From Psammoneis japonica (Eukaryota): a stretch of 64,000 bases of DNA. Where the stretch lies: assembly GCA_008632985.1 (NCBI GenBank), contig QPGO01000149.1:1-64000 (forward strand). The letters run 5' to 3'. Both the position numbers and the translations under genes were made by a program. Under the pieces are notes generated by a model that was not told the origin of the DNA, did not search any database, and was given only the letters and a program-made list of their open reading frames with translations. Every line of letters starts with the position of its first letter. The first letter of the stretch is position 1. This document shows positions 13,701 to 24,109 of this stretch, one piece after another.

Positions 13701-14855
13701 AGCTCTGGGAGTCTCAGTCGCAGGTTCCGCCTTTTCCGCCGGCTTCTCGGGCGCAGGCTTGGAATCCTTTGGAGCGGCTGTTTTCTTTTCGTCACTGCTC
13801 TCGGGCTTTGGCTCGGGCTTCTTTGTGCTGGGAGTGTCTTTGACCTCCTTCGCGGGCTCTTTCGCGGGAGCAATGTCTTTCGTGCTGTCAGTCTTCTCGG
13901 CGTCCTTCTTGTCATTAGCTTTTGGAGCATCGGAAGCGGGCTTCGCCGTTTCAGCCGGTTTCTCCGGACTCTTTTTGGCACCGGCGTCCTTCTCCTTTGG
14001 TTTTTCAGTCTTTGTATCCGCCTTGTTCTCGGGAGCTGGAGTTTTAGCACGAGTTTCGGCCTTGTCGCTTTTGGCAGGTTCAACCTTTTTGTCAGGCTTG
14101 ACTGCGGGAGGCGCCTTCTCAGCCTTAGCCTCTGGAGCTGGTTTAGTCTTTTCGTCAGGCTTCTTGTCTTCTTTGGCAGTCGTCGTCTCCGGAGTAGCTT
14201 TTGCCTTTTCTTTCGGTTTTTCCTCCGTAGCCGCTTTAGCTTTTTCTTTCGTTTTTTCCTCGGTAGCCACTTTCGCCTTTTCTTTGGGTTTTTCCGGAGT
14301 TGCTTCCACCTTGGGCTTAGGCATCTCCTTCTTGCCTTCGTCTTTGGCAACGGCCGGCTCCGTTTTCTTAACTTCAACCTTCTTCTCCGGTTTCAGCGGG
14401 CTCGCCGGGGGAGCAGTCACGGGTTTGGATACTTTCTTTTCGCTGCTCACCCTGGTAATCGGCTTTGTTGCACTGCTTGTAAATATACCCGGTTTTTTCG
14501 TACTCGGGACCTTTTGTAATCGTTGGAGCCTATTCATGAACGCGGGAATAAATTCTGTAGCATCCACGTCTGTCCAGTGCTCTTCTTCTTCCAACAACGA
14601 CATTCGCTGAAGCCACTCGCCGTCGACAATAGCCACATTTTGTTTCTGGCAAGTAAAAATATCGTGCTTCACATGCGGAGTCACTGCACTCTCATCTCCA
14701 ACCCAGAGGGCGTGAGTCGCATCGTAAGGGGTTTTCGCAATTTGACCGCCCAGCGCTTCGATGAAGAAGCCCATTTCGCTCGCATGTTCTTTGTGGTGGT
14801 GTTCACTCACAAGAATATACACTGCCGCCCTTTCCAAGGGCGCTTCTCCAGACAT
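10731..14855 (-). CDS. BRCT-like / long E-K-P-A-rich linker / UIM-like / DnaJ / OTU-like protein (catalytic His replaced by Gln)
   Basis: 1374-aa ORF. N-terminus IEALGG..ATHALW..IVDGEWL is BRCT-like; EEDAIKRAMEMS is UIM-like; J-domain YELLGV..AYRKMALQTHPDKGG; C-terminus NSCFYLSLA...YTPGQYQTL. Paralogous to 24110..25978. Confidence 0.8.
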   Translation of the reverse strand: MSGEAPLERAAVYILVSEHHHKEHASEMGFFIEALGGQIAKTPYDATHALWVGDESAVTPHVKHDIFTCQKQNVAIVDGEWLQRMSLLEEEEHWTDVDATEFIPAFMNRLQRLQKVPSTKKPGIFTSSATKPITRVSSEKKVSKPVTAPPASPLKPEKKVEVKKTEPAVAKDEGKKEMPKPKVEATPEKPKEKAKVATEEKTKEKAKAATEEKPKEKAKATPETTTAKEDKKPDEKTKPAPEAKAEKAPPAVKPDKKVEPAKSDKAETRAKTPAPENKADTKTEKPKEKDAGAKKSPEKPAETAKPASDAPKANDKKDAEKTDSTKDIAPAKEPAKEVKDTPSTKKPEPKPESSDEKKTAAPKDSKPAPEKPAEKAEPATETPRASVEIAPAKKTEEKKDQGSVDASKTTAPAKEKAVETTAKKPDTKEHKEKPSESEKKSEEKPAEKAETAVKKGDEKTEDDKKVDAKADDKPAEKVDSKPKASEPAKEAATKTEKPDKKVDDAKDDGKKADKEPASTPKEEPAKKVEPPAETPKAPTEPAAEPEKSEDKEAAKEEPTEKAEAPPETPKETKETAAKVEKPDEKASSDEEVKSATKESAPAKEEPAKKVETPSETPKVAESAAEDSAPAKEEPAEKAETKSEEPKETKDAPEEVEKPAEESAPAKEEPAEKEETGSTSETPKPASATADDAAKDDKKDDSDKDEPKEKVEAAPKEPEAPVEAEPETPEASEETASKEEPAEKEETGSTSETPKPASATVDDAAKDDKKDDSDKDEPTEKVEAAPKEPEAPVKAEPETPEASEETASKDEKGSKGEDEDDVSSADTEVSTSSEEPVEKKDETASETPKETVEKHDELEAETSAPEPPKEAVEKPDDGEKAETSAPKEAPTKKPAEKVEPKAEASPPPKHVVTSKALPSGIGAVPRPYSERLNVRVAAAIHRASKTTGPKDVAAPPAVETPSAPATPEVAPPAEPSSTALVTPEPPSAELVPVAADAGVEIHTHIYVGRDVAMRLATSISDTFYDLTTEDPIQMEEDAIKRAMEMSELDFSIVSRKQPKVAKKETTESFAYELLGVDNTATATEITSAYRKMALQTHPDKGGCRHQFAELALAYRILSQTPREPKPVTEPEETKSEPTPELHSTAFWDHELHDHHRAVEDLFEHHGAEAAANKSNMTHALEAIGFEVRYSEFEKREDKDQRLANSCFYLSLAASYLRGIRALMWSDGDDLALHEFDMTLISAFGQQLKRTIEAAVVKAHPEWAHQGVVGEDVQSFSDFLVYTLESPSILSDWAVVVFDATSGFVDVYKGTNYSNVSGDSKAWRAANTLAIKYTPGQYQTLSTVDREDRPALEDILASLDKEGVHYAILDGTHETK
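12431..12856. repeat. Tandem 213-bp (71-codon) duplication inside the linker
   Basis: ccttcgacgcagtctcctcg occurs at 12431 and 12644. The peptide PAEKEETGSTSETPKPASAT..PEASEETASK is repeated twice. Confidence 0.9.
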
Positions 14856-15484
14856 TGCGATGAAATGTTGCCTCTCTTTTTTCTGTACAGTATCTTTTTC
14901 TCTCTCTCTCTCTCTTTACTCTATTCCGTGGTTATCAGGTGCTTCAATTCTCCAGCACACGCTGACTTCACAGAAAAAGTGAGACGATGTTTCGTCGGCT
15001 TCGTTCGAAAAAAGTATGAGCGCTTACGTACTTGCCACTAACACGTAGAGCACGTAGAAGCATACCATGACGTCATTTTCGTATAACGTCAGCATGACGT
15101 CGCTCGGAGGTCGAATTGGGATTCGTTTCGCGCGACATCAAGATCGCGCGAACAGTCAAGGCCTTTTGTCACTTCAAACTGAAGAACAGTAAGCTCGAAG
15201 TACTCTAAAAGACTAGTTCTACTCGAGGGAGGATTAGGAATGGCGCTACGAGAGCCAATCAGAATTCAGCATTTGGGATTTCTACTTATAGGGGGCCCTC
15301 GGAAAGTCGAGGACTTTCCGACTAATTAATTAACATTTTTTCGGAAAATCTGACGCAATCATTTATAGACGAGGAGGCTGAGACAACTCTCCAAAATCAG
15401 ACACAAGAATCAAAATGATGCGGAGACCGAAATCATCTTCTTTTCGCGCCACGGAAAAACACAACAACACAGACTTCTGTCGCG

Positions 15485-18400
15485 ATGAGAAAAATTCTCT
15501 CACAAAAAAAACCCACGAGAGAGAAAAGTACAATCTCTACTGGTGCTTCGATGATGACCGACGTTGAAGAAGAATCAGCTCCACTAAAAGTGGCTACACA
15601 GCAGCAGCTGCATCCTTTCTTTATCAACATGGGCATTCAATCCCAGAAGCGCAAAGGCTCCATTAAAACGAGCAAAAGTCAAGCGCAGACACGTAAGAAG
15701 CGCACGCAACAGAGCGATTTAAGTGGGCGCAAGGTGCCAAGAGTAGACGACGGAACAAAGAAATGCAAGAGGTGTGAGAATGGGCCTACATACCATCATG
15801 GTCACGATCCCACGTGCAAGTTTTCGAAACGATACATGCAAATCAATGTCACCGCGGCTACGAAAGATGCAGAGCGACGGGAAAAAGAGCTCCATGAAAA
15901 GAACAATACGATCCCAGCCGCCCCACAGAAAGGAGTTTCTACCATGGAAGACCATTTTGAAATTAAAGAATCAAACAGTCGAGCTCCATTGCCTCCTCCC
16001 GGTGATTCAAACTTTTGCAAGCCCGTGAATCTGGGAGCGTCCAGTTCTACCGTCGCAAGCAACCCGAATCTTTTTGATGCCGCAAGGAATACAAAATTCT
16101 CGGTTGAGACGTTGAAAAAAGAGATTCGAGCACGAGTGAAAAAGTATGAGAACTCGGAGGAGAAGACAAAGTGCCCGGCTGCAGTGAGTGCTCTTATCAG
16201 TTATCTGTTGGATTCTGTCAAGCCCAGATTTGATCAGGGCAGCAACACGTATCCTGTTGCTACAGCAAAAAGCACTAAGCTCAAAGAGATTCTGGAGGTC
16301 AAGGATGGTACCTTTCCGCCTGGTACAATATCGTTTCAAGTTCCCAAGGATGACTGCACTTCACCGCCTGATTATTACTACCACCAGCTGCAGGGTATGA
16401 TAATATACATCGTTTGTTGGGAGCTGAATTGTCCTAACATCTACATTTCCTGTATTGACGGAGAGTGTGACGGGGAGATGATTCATGACCGTATGGACTT
16501 TACTCGATACGGTGGGGCGACGCCAATATATTGCATCAGCGGTAAGACTCATGTGGCAGTGTCAATGTGGTATGAGTGCAACAAATGCAAGACGCGATGC
16601 AAGGGCAACGACGGTCGACTGCTACACAAGTTACCAAAAAGCCTTCAATCATCGTATCCAACTGAGCCAAAGTATGCCAGCGCAACCAACAAATGGCACC
16701 TTACAAGGGAAACCACAAGGCTATTTGAATCCTTTCTTGTCACGTACGCAAACGGCGATAAGTTTTCTCACACGCTACACCAGATGCGAGCTGCCTATTT
16801 CGAGGATCTCCAGAAAGAGTATTATCAACGAGCCAACGATGAATCAGGTGACTGGATATCTTTCTACGAGTGGATTGGCAGCTACAGTCCATCAGGTTCT
16901 GCGATTCTTGATCTTTATGATGAATCTGGCGCATCGGAATTGACAGCTCTTGATACGTCATCATACTCCAGATGTACAAGATTGATCCAGATGGTGGGAG
17001 CATCAATGAGCGTGGCTTCTGACCACACTTTTCAAATTCTCAAGAATTATACAAAGAAAGGTGGTGGAGCGGCGGCAGGACTATTTACTATGTGCAACGA
17101 AAAGGGACAGGTTGGAGTTGCTTGTCTGACACCGACGTTGGAAGCAAAAGATTTTGCTCACGCAGCCGAGCAGTTCGCGAGGCGAAAGAACGTGCGTCCA
17201 AAAATCCATTACAGCGACACTTGGCCGAATAAGTCATCGTTATGGAAGGTGTTATTTGGAGGTTACATAGTATGCCGTTTGGGTCTCTTTCACTGGATGC
17301 ACCGTATTGTACAGACACTTCGAAAAGACCACGTCGACTATCATCAAGCAGTTCGGGACCTTCGAGCTACAGTTTCATACACCGAGTGGTCGGACCGCCA
17401 AGCAGTAATACAAGCCCTCAAGGATGGAACTCTCAATGGCAAAAAGCACACGGATGCAGAAATAGATGAGATCATCCATTCTTCCAGGTGGAAGCACTAC
17501 TCAGAATACATGCGCATTTGGAGGCATCCGCTGGAAAAGAGAATCAGCTTGCTTGACGATTGGCACGCCCGATATAAGTGTACGGCTTCTGATGGATCGC
17601 GACCCGCTGGGGGACGTCTTGATCCAAACAGTGGTTTGACACTCTTTACAAGTGATACAAAGGATGCCGTGGCAAATGGAAGAGAAACATCCAAGGGATT
17701 GGGACGTTCCAGTGCCAAAGTCAGAGCAGTACTGGCCAGTGGCTCCATCGCTCCGTTCAAGAGCGAAGCTGGTGAAGTGGCGGACATTACTCGGGCCGGA
17801 GTCAAAGTTGGAAAAGGCTCATGATTCGCTGGCTCATTATGGGAACTGTGGGATGCGAGATTCATTGATGGATTTGATCACTCTGGAAGGTTTGGTTCTC
17901 TACAACGCTACAATTGAAGAAAAGGAACGCGTTGAACGAATGAATCCAGAGACTCGAGCAAAGATTCCATACGATTTTCGGGGTGTGGTTGCTCATCGGA
18001 ACGTGCTCAATCTAATCGAAATCAACAAGCTAGCAACAAAGAAGGGGAAGAAAGCGCCCTATCCAGATGTAAGGGAACTCGAGGCGGACACCGGCGAGCG
18101 TTTTCTGTCCAAGTACCTGCGGGAGCAGAATGCTAGAAATGAAACAATTACTCCACACCCGGAGACGGATCGATGTATGTGCAATATCTGTGGGACAAAG
18201 CCAGTGACAAATCCATACAAGCGAACAACAAGATCAGTTGTTGGAAACGGCAACGATGGAGAAACTACAGCAGTGGCAAGCGTTCGACCGGCTAGTGGTT
18301 TTGTGGAAATTGTGGCGGCTCCTCAGGTGGGGGTTGAATCTATGTGTGTGAATGACACACCATTACTTAACGCGGCTCACGTTCGAGTCGAGGAGCAGTT

Positions 18401-18680
18401 CAACATGTTGCAAGCCGTGAGAAGCGCCCTGTCACAACAAGTTGCCATTGCATCGAGCATGAGCGCATCCCTCCCATCTGTTCCATATCAAGTGCAACCG
18501 GCTCTTTCAAATCTTAATGATCTGATACGGGATCAGAGGAAGCAAGACATTGATCCATACTGTTGTCCTGTCTTCCTACAATACAAGCTGCAGCAAAGCT
18601 ACAGTGTGACGGGGTGCCGACCAAGAGGTCGACCAGCGCATTCTAAGGATTGCCCAAAGAGACAGCAGTCAAGGAGGTAG
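15485..18680 (+). mobile_element. DNA transposon transposase (DDE, DxxH-type, DUF6729-like), one frameshift near 17690
   Basis: ORFs 15485..17824 and 17652..18680 overlap. Cys clusters (CKRC..HDPTC; YECNKC..LLHKLP), SVASDHTF, IHYSDTWP, RLGLFHWMHRI, ESKLEKAH. Intronless, inserted between two paralogous host genes. Termini not identified. Confidence 0.65.
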
Positions 18681-20499
18681 ATGTTATCATTACTAGGCAT
18701 ACTTTATGTATTACTACTTTTGTTGACATTCTCGTGAGATAGCTACTACTCGTAGAAGCGATCTAGCCTAGAGACGCACAGTAGTGTTTTCGAAACAGAG
18801 CTGAGTTTCCATGAGTTACGAATTCACTATTTTATTTCTTATCTACCACACTTCTATAACTATTGGTTGTTGTGTCCTCCACATACTTCATCACAATACC
18901 ACACTCAAATGCCACCTTTCAAGGGCAGGTGAACCCTATCGCAACGGAGATTCGGGTCTGCGGCGGTTGAAGGCACTCCCGTCCTTGGAAGCACCAGTCA
19001 ACGCCTCACCGGGGGGCAACCCCTTGGCTCTCGTTGGCCGTCTCAATGTTCAGAGGTGGGGCCACATGAACATTATTGCAGAAAAAAAATTACCGAGGCG
19101 CTGCTGCAGTCAGCAACCTCGGCAGTAGCCCGTGTTATTTAAAGACGAGGGCAACCTCGTCTGCCGCTTATACACGGACTTTTCCAAAAGTGGTAGATTG
19201 TAGATTACCAGCCAAAACAAACCACACCCACAACCAACATGTGACATCCATTCCATCATATCCCGGTCAACAGCGCTTGTGGTACCGCCGCACTCAGCAA
19301 TTCCAATGAACCCTGAAAAGCCACCACTCCAACAACTTCTAAAGCCTCGTCAACGAAGGGTGAACACTCGGCTGAAGCCAAAAAGGCAACAATACAAAGC
19401 ATCAGCATGAGAGACGCCATGAATGATCAATGCTTAAAGGAGGGCTCTTCAATCTGTCAAGAACGAACAGAAATTGCAACGCAAGAGCGGTGAGAGACGA
19501 GTTCAAAAAATGGAAAAAGTACCAAGCATTTCTTATCCATTTTTCACGTTTTTCATACATCTCTTTTCGTATATTCATTCATCAGAGAGAGTTTTAATGC
19601 GTGCTTTGTTGTCACAACAGTATCACAAGTGACGGCGACAATTTCGACTACCGGCTCTTGCAGCTCTCATGGTCGATTTTTTGTGTGGTGTCGGAGGGAA
19701 ACTCCTGAATTGCGTAGATTTCTACGTAAAATTCATACTAGAGATACTTCAACACTACAATGTCTCGATCTGTGTCACCACACCAAATTACTTCAACATG
19801 GGAGCACCCGGAGATCTGACACATCGGGTGGTGAAACGGGAGAAAGAATTGACGATGGCTCTTCAAACCACTTCTGCCTTTTAGATCAAGCTCGCTGCCC
19901 TCGCAACCCCTTCCTCTCTCCTTCCTTTCTCTCCTCCTCCTCCTTCTTTCTCCTCTCCCCTCCCCCCCTCTCTTGGAGTCACTAACCCCCCCAAAATCTA
20001 GTCTAGAGAGCAGAGAGCTAGTAGCTACTCTAGCTACTAGCTAGAGACTCTACTCTCTCTACTCTACTAGAAGTAGCGCAACTTGAACAGCTTACGGTAC
20101 AAGTTGCACAACTATGGTACTAGTATTGACGACGGTTGCCTAGCTTTGTTGTTCTCAAAACAGATGGCCTTTAAAGAAGCTGCCGATTCGGGTGAGTGAG
20201 AGGAGTCCTTCAAGCTCCAAGCAAGGAAAGCGTGAACTGAACAGAACGAACGAGAGAACAAGCTTGGAAAATGATAGCTCGGATTGGGAGGCACCGCTTC
20301 AACGATGCTCGCCCCAGCAATGTACGAAATAAATTCATCAAGACATTTTGCTACTATGAGACAAAACCCTAAGCCCCTGTATCACCCCAACACTTGAAAA
20401 TGCAATTCACTGATCAACATAAATCCATGTACCTGTACAACAAATTCCCTTCCACGAAGTACCCACAACCATGAGCTATTCCCCTGATGTTCACTCCAG

Positions 20500-23400
20500 T
20501 CACGACTCCTGTACAACGTAAACGATGCAAATGACGGAGAGGAGAACGATGATGGATTTCGCAACAATACTGCTGGGAATACCAGCAGGCCCACGCTGAA
20601 CACCTGCTTTTGGTGGCGAATCGGCGGAAGTTTCCGAGCTGGACCCCGTCTCTCCTGTAGCAGCCGTTTCTTCGTCACCCTCAACCACCGTTTCTGCTTT
20701 CTTCACGCTGGGAGCCGTTTCATTTACAGACTCGGAAGTGTTTTCAACCTTTTCAAGTGGCTCCTCCGAAGTCGGTGTTTCAACCTTTTTGTTTTCCTCA
20801 TCCGCAATTTCTCCTTCATCGATTGTAGCCTCCTTGGTCTCCGGAGCGGTTTCAGCCTTCTCGCTGGGCCTATCAGCGGGAGTCGGTTCCTTTTCCTCAC
20901 GCTCCGCCATAACTGGTTCTTCCTTGTTGGCTGTCATATCGCTAGCAGCTTTGTCGCCCTCGATGGTCTTTGGGGAAGCTTCATCACAATCAGACTTCTT
21001 CTCCTCTTGCTTTTCAACACTGGCATCCAGCTCAGCAGTAGCGTTAGTAGCCTCACACGCCTTGTTAGACTTCTCTGATGTTTCTTGTTCGCTGTCACCC
21101 TTAACGTCTAGTTCGGGGGTCTCTTTCACGTTATCTTCATCCTTGTCTACCGACTCTTCTGTTGCAGTAGTGGTTGAACTCTCACCATCCACCTTCGCTT
21201 CCGGTTTTGAGTTAGACGATTCGACTTCCTTTGCCGACTCTTCTGGAGAACTCTTTTCTTCGCATTCGGCCTTTCAGCAGGAGGCTTGATGGTGGCGGTA
21301 GCTTCCTCAACAGGTTTTGTGGCGGCACTTGTAGCCTTTTCTGCCACCTCCGATTTCTCAGTCTCCTTGGTAGGACCCTCGGCATCCGGCTTGACTTCTT
21401 CGACGGCCTTCTCGGGAGAGCTATTTCCTTCACTCTCGGAGTTATCAGCATCGGCGGACGATCCGACACTAGCAGACTCCTTGGCAGCCTCGGCCTTCTC
21501 GACGGATGACTCGCCACCGGTGAGCTCAACGGCTGTCTCAGTAATCTTTTGTTCATTGTCAGCACGCTTAGCCTCGTCGGGTGCGTTTTCGTCTAGATCC
21601 TTGGCAGCTTCCGCCTTCTCGGCGGGTTCCTTGGAAGAGCTTGGTCCAGTCTTCTCGGGTTCCTCTGATGGTTCGTTGGCAGCAGGCTCTGAGGCTTTCT
21701 CAACAGAATTCTCTGGAGAACGCGTTTCGGCATTCTCATTCTTGCTCTTTTCAGTCTTCTCGCGCTCCTCGGACGGTTCATCGGAAACAGGCTCAGAGGC
21801 TTTCTCGTCGGGTTCTTCTGCCGAACTCGTTTCGAAATTCTCATCCTTTGTCTTTTCAGTCTTCTCGGGCTCCCCACATGGTTCATCAGTAACAGGTTCA
21901 GAGTCATCTTCTGGCTTCTCGACGGGTTTCTCTGACGAACTCGTTTCTGCCTTGCCATCCTTGCTCTTGTCTGTCTTCTCGGGCTCCTCGGATGATTCAT
22001 CGGAAACAGCCTCAGACGCAGCTTCGGCTTTTTTGACGGGTTTTTCTGGAGAACTCGTTTCGGCATTCTCTTCCTTGGTCATTTCCGTCTTCTCGGGCTC
22101 CTCTGCTTCATCTGTAATAGGCTCAGAGGCGGATTCGGTGTTCTCGACAGGCTTCACGGGCGAACTTGTTTCAACCTTCTCATCCTTTTCGACAAGATTT
22201 TTCGTTGCAGTTGGGTGCGTCTCCGCGGCTGGTGCGGGACGTTCAATGCCACCTTCTCTCTTGTCAATTGGATTATTCGTGGCTGACTCGTCGTTTTGGA
22301 TGGCGTCTCAGTAGCTGCAGCAGCAGGAGGCGCCGAAGTATCACTTACTTTCTCTACAGACTTCGGTGGAGAACACTTCTCTTCTTTCTCTGTCTTCTTT
22401 CCAGCTTGTTTTTCAATATTTTGCAGCGACTCAGCTGCAGGAGGCGCGGGGGCAGTTTCGACCTTCTCTGCGGGCTTATTTGAAGGATTCTTTCCCTCTG
22501 TCTCATCCTTCTTCTCCACCGGAGCTTCCGTTGCAGCTTGCCTATTATCAGAAACAGGCTTGGGAGATTCAGACACAGCTTGAGCCTTCTCATTGAGCTT
22601 CTCTGAAGATCTCTTTTCCTCTTTTTTGGCGTCTTTGGTTGGCTTTTCCGTTGTCGGAGTAGGTGCGGGAGGCTCCGAGATGGCTTCAGGGTTCTCGACA
22701 GGCTTCTTTGGTGCGCTCTTTTGCTCCTTCTCAACATTTATTTCGGCTGGCTTTTCTGTTATAGCTCCAGATGTCTCCGCTGCAGCATCGACCTTCTTAG
22801 GGGAGCTATGTTCCTCCGTATCAGTCTCCTTCTTGGTTGGCATTTCTGTATTGGTCAGCTTCTCAGAAGGTTTAGCACTCGTACCCTTGACCTCCTTGGA
22901 AGCGGCCGTCTCTGGAGTACCATTTTTCTTTTCTTTTGGGTTCTCCGAGGTTGATACAGCATCTTCCTTGGGTTTTGAAACGTCGCTAGTGGAGTCTTTC
23001 TTATTGGAAGGTGGCTTCGTACCGTTACTCTTGATTTCGACGTCGTCAGGTTTCACGGAAATCGCCGCAGCATCTTTCGTATCCTTTCGGGACGCTCTTT
23101 CACTTTTGACAGCTTCCAAAGGCTTCTTATTATTTGAGAATAGACTAGGCTTCGTAGCAGACGCCTTTGGACGACGATGGAGCTTGGTGACAAAACCGGG
23201 AACGTACAAGCTACCGTCGATGTCTGTCCAATGCTCCTCGTCTTCCAAAAGCGACATTCGCTGAAGCCATTCCCCATCAACAATGGCCACGTTTTGCTTT
23301 TGGCATGTAAGGACGTCATGTTTTACTTGCGGAGTGACTGCGCTCTCGTCACCAACCCATAAGGCGTGGGTGGCGTCGAATGGTGTTCTCGCAACTGCTC

Positions 23401-23512
23401 CTCCAAGAGCTTCAACGTAAAAGCCCATTTCGCTTGCATGTTCGTTGTGGTGGTGCTCACTCGTTAGAATATAAACAGAGGCATTTTCTAGTGGTGATTC
23501 GTCGTACGACAT
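20500..23512 (-). CDS. Third paralog: BRCT-like N-terminus, acidic low-complexity linker and C-terminal transmembrane anchor, no J or OTU domain; two frameshifts
   Basis: The N-terminus (EHHHNEHASEMGFYVEALGG..IVDGEWLQRMSLLE) is nearly identical to that of 10731..14855. ORFs 22154, 21147 and 20500 join through shifts near 22300 and 21280. The protein ends SIIVLLSVICIVYVVQES*. Confidence 0.65.
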
Positions 23513-24109
23513 TGCTTCTTCTAATCTTGGAGGCTTGACTAGGTCTAGAGTGACTTCTACTGTAAAAGATGTGTCACTACGGATCGATTGTTCTCAATTT
23601 TGGAATTTTTGAAATTGTTGGTGGCAGATTTGCTGACGTAAGCTCGGAAGCCACGCTTGTTCGCGCATGACGTTGCATCCAAATAACACGCAAAGTATCC
23701 AGAAGCTAGAGAGGCAATAGTCTACGTAGCTTTCTAGCTAGCTACTCTAGTAGCAGAGGTATCGGTTCTCTGGAGAGCTAGCCCTCGCTAGTAGTAGCTA
23801 CAAGAATCAATGTTAGGGGTCAGAAGTTCTGCACTAGACTCTCCCACTGTCTCTTGCTACTAGAGAGAGCACAAGGCTGCAAACATTTAGGACTGGGATT
23901 GATCAAATCTTTGCAACCCACAGACACTAGAGAATCCCAACACTATTGCTCTAATGCACTTCATGCAAATTCCATACCTTATATCTTTGTCGCGCAGCAT
24001 AACTCCCAGTGAGGCATATACTCAATGTCGAATTTGAATGTCTGTTCACAGGTACAAGTAGAGGACCTCGAGCTTCGATAGCTAATCCGTAAAAATCCCC
24101 ACTAGTGAT

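Noticed and set aside
12115..14610. 831-aa + strand ORF, and similar ORFs at 20738, 21286 and 22593
   Set aside because: These are antisense shadows of E/K/P/A-rich coding sequence, giving S/F/A-rich translations with no motifs.
15227..19992. Possible terminal inverted repeats for the DNA transposon (GGGAGGATTAG versus CTAACCCCCC)
   Set aside because: The match is too short and imperfect and no TSD was found.
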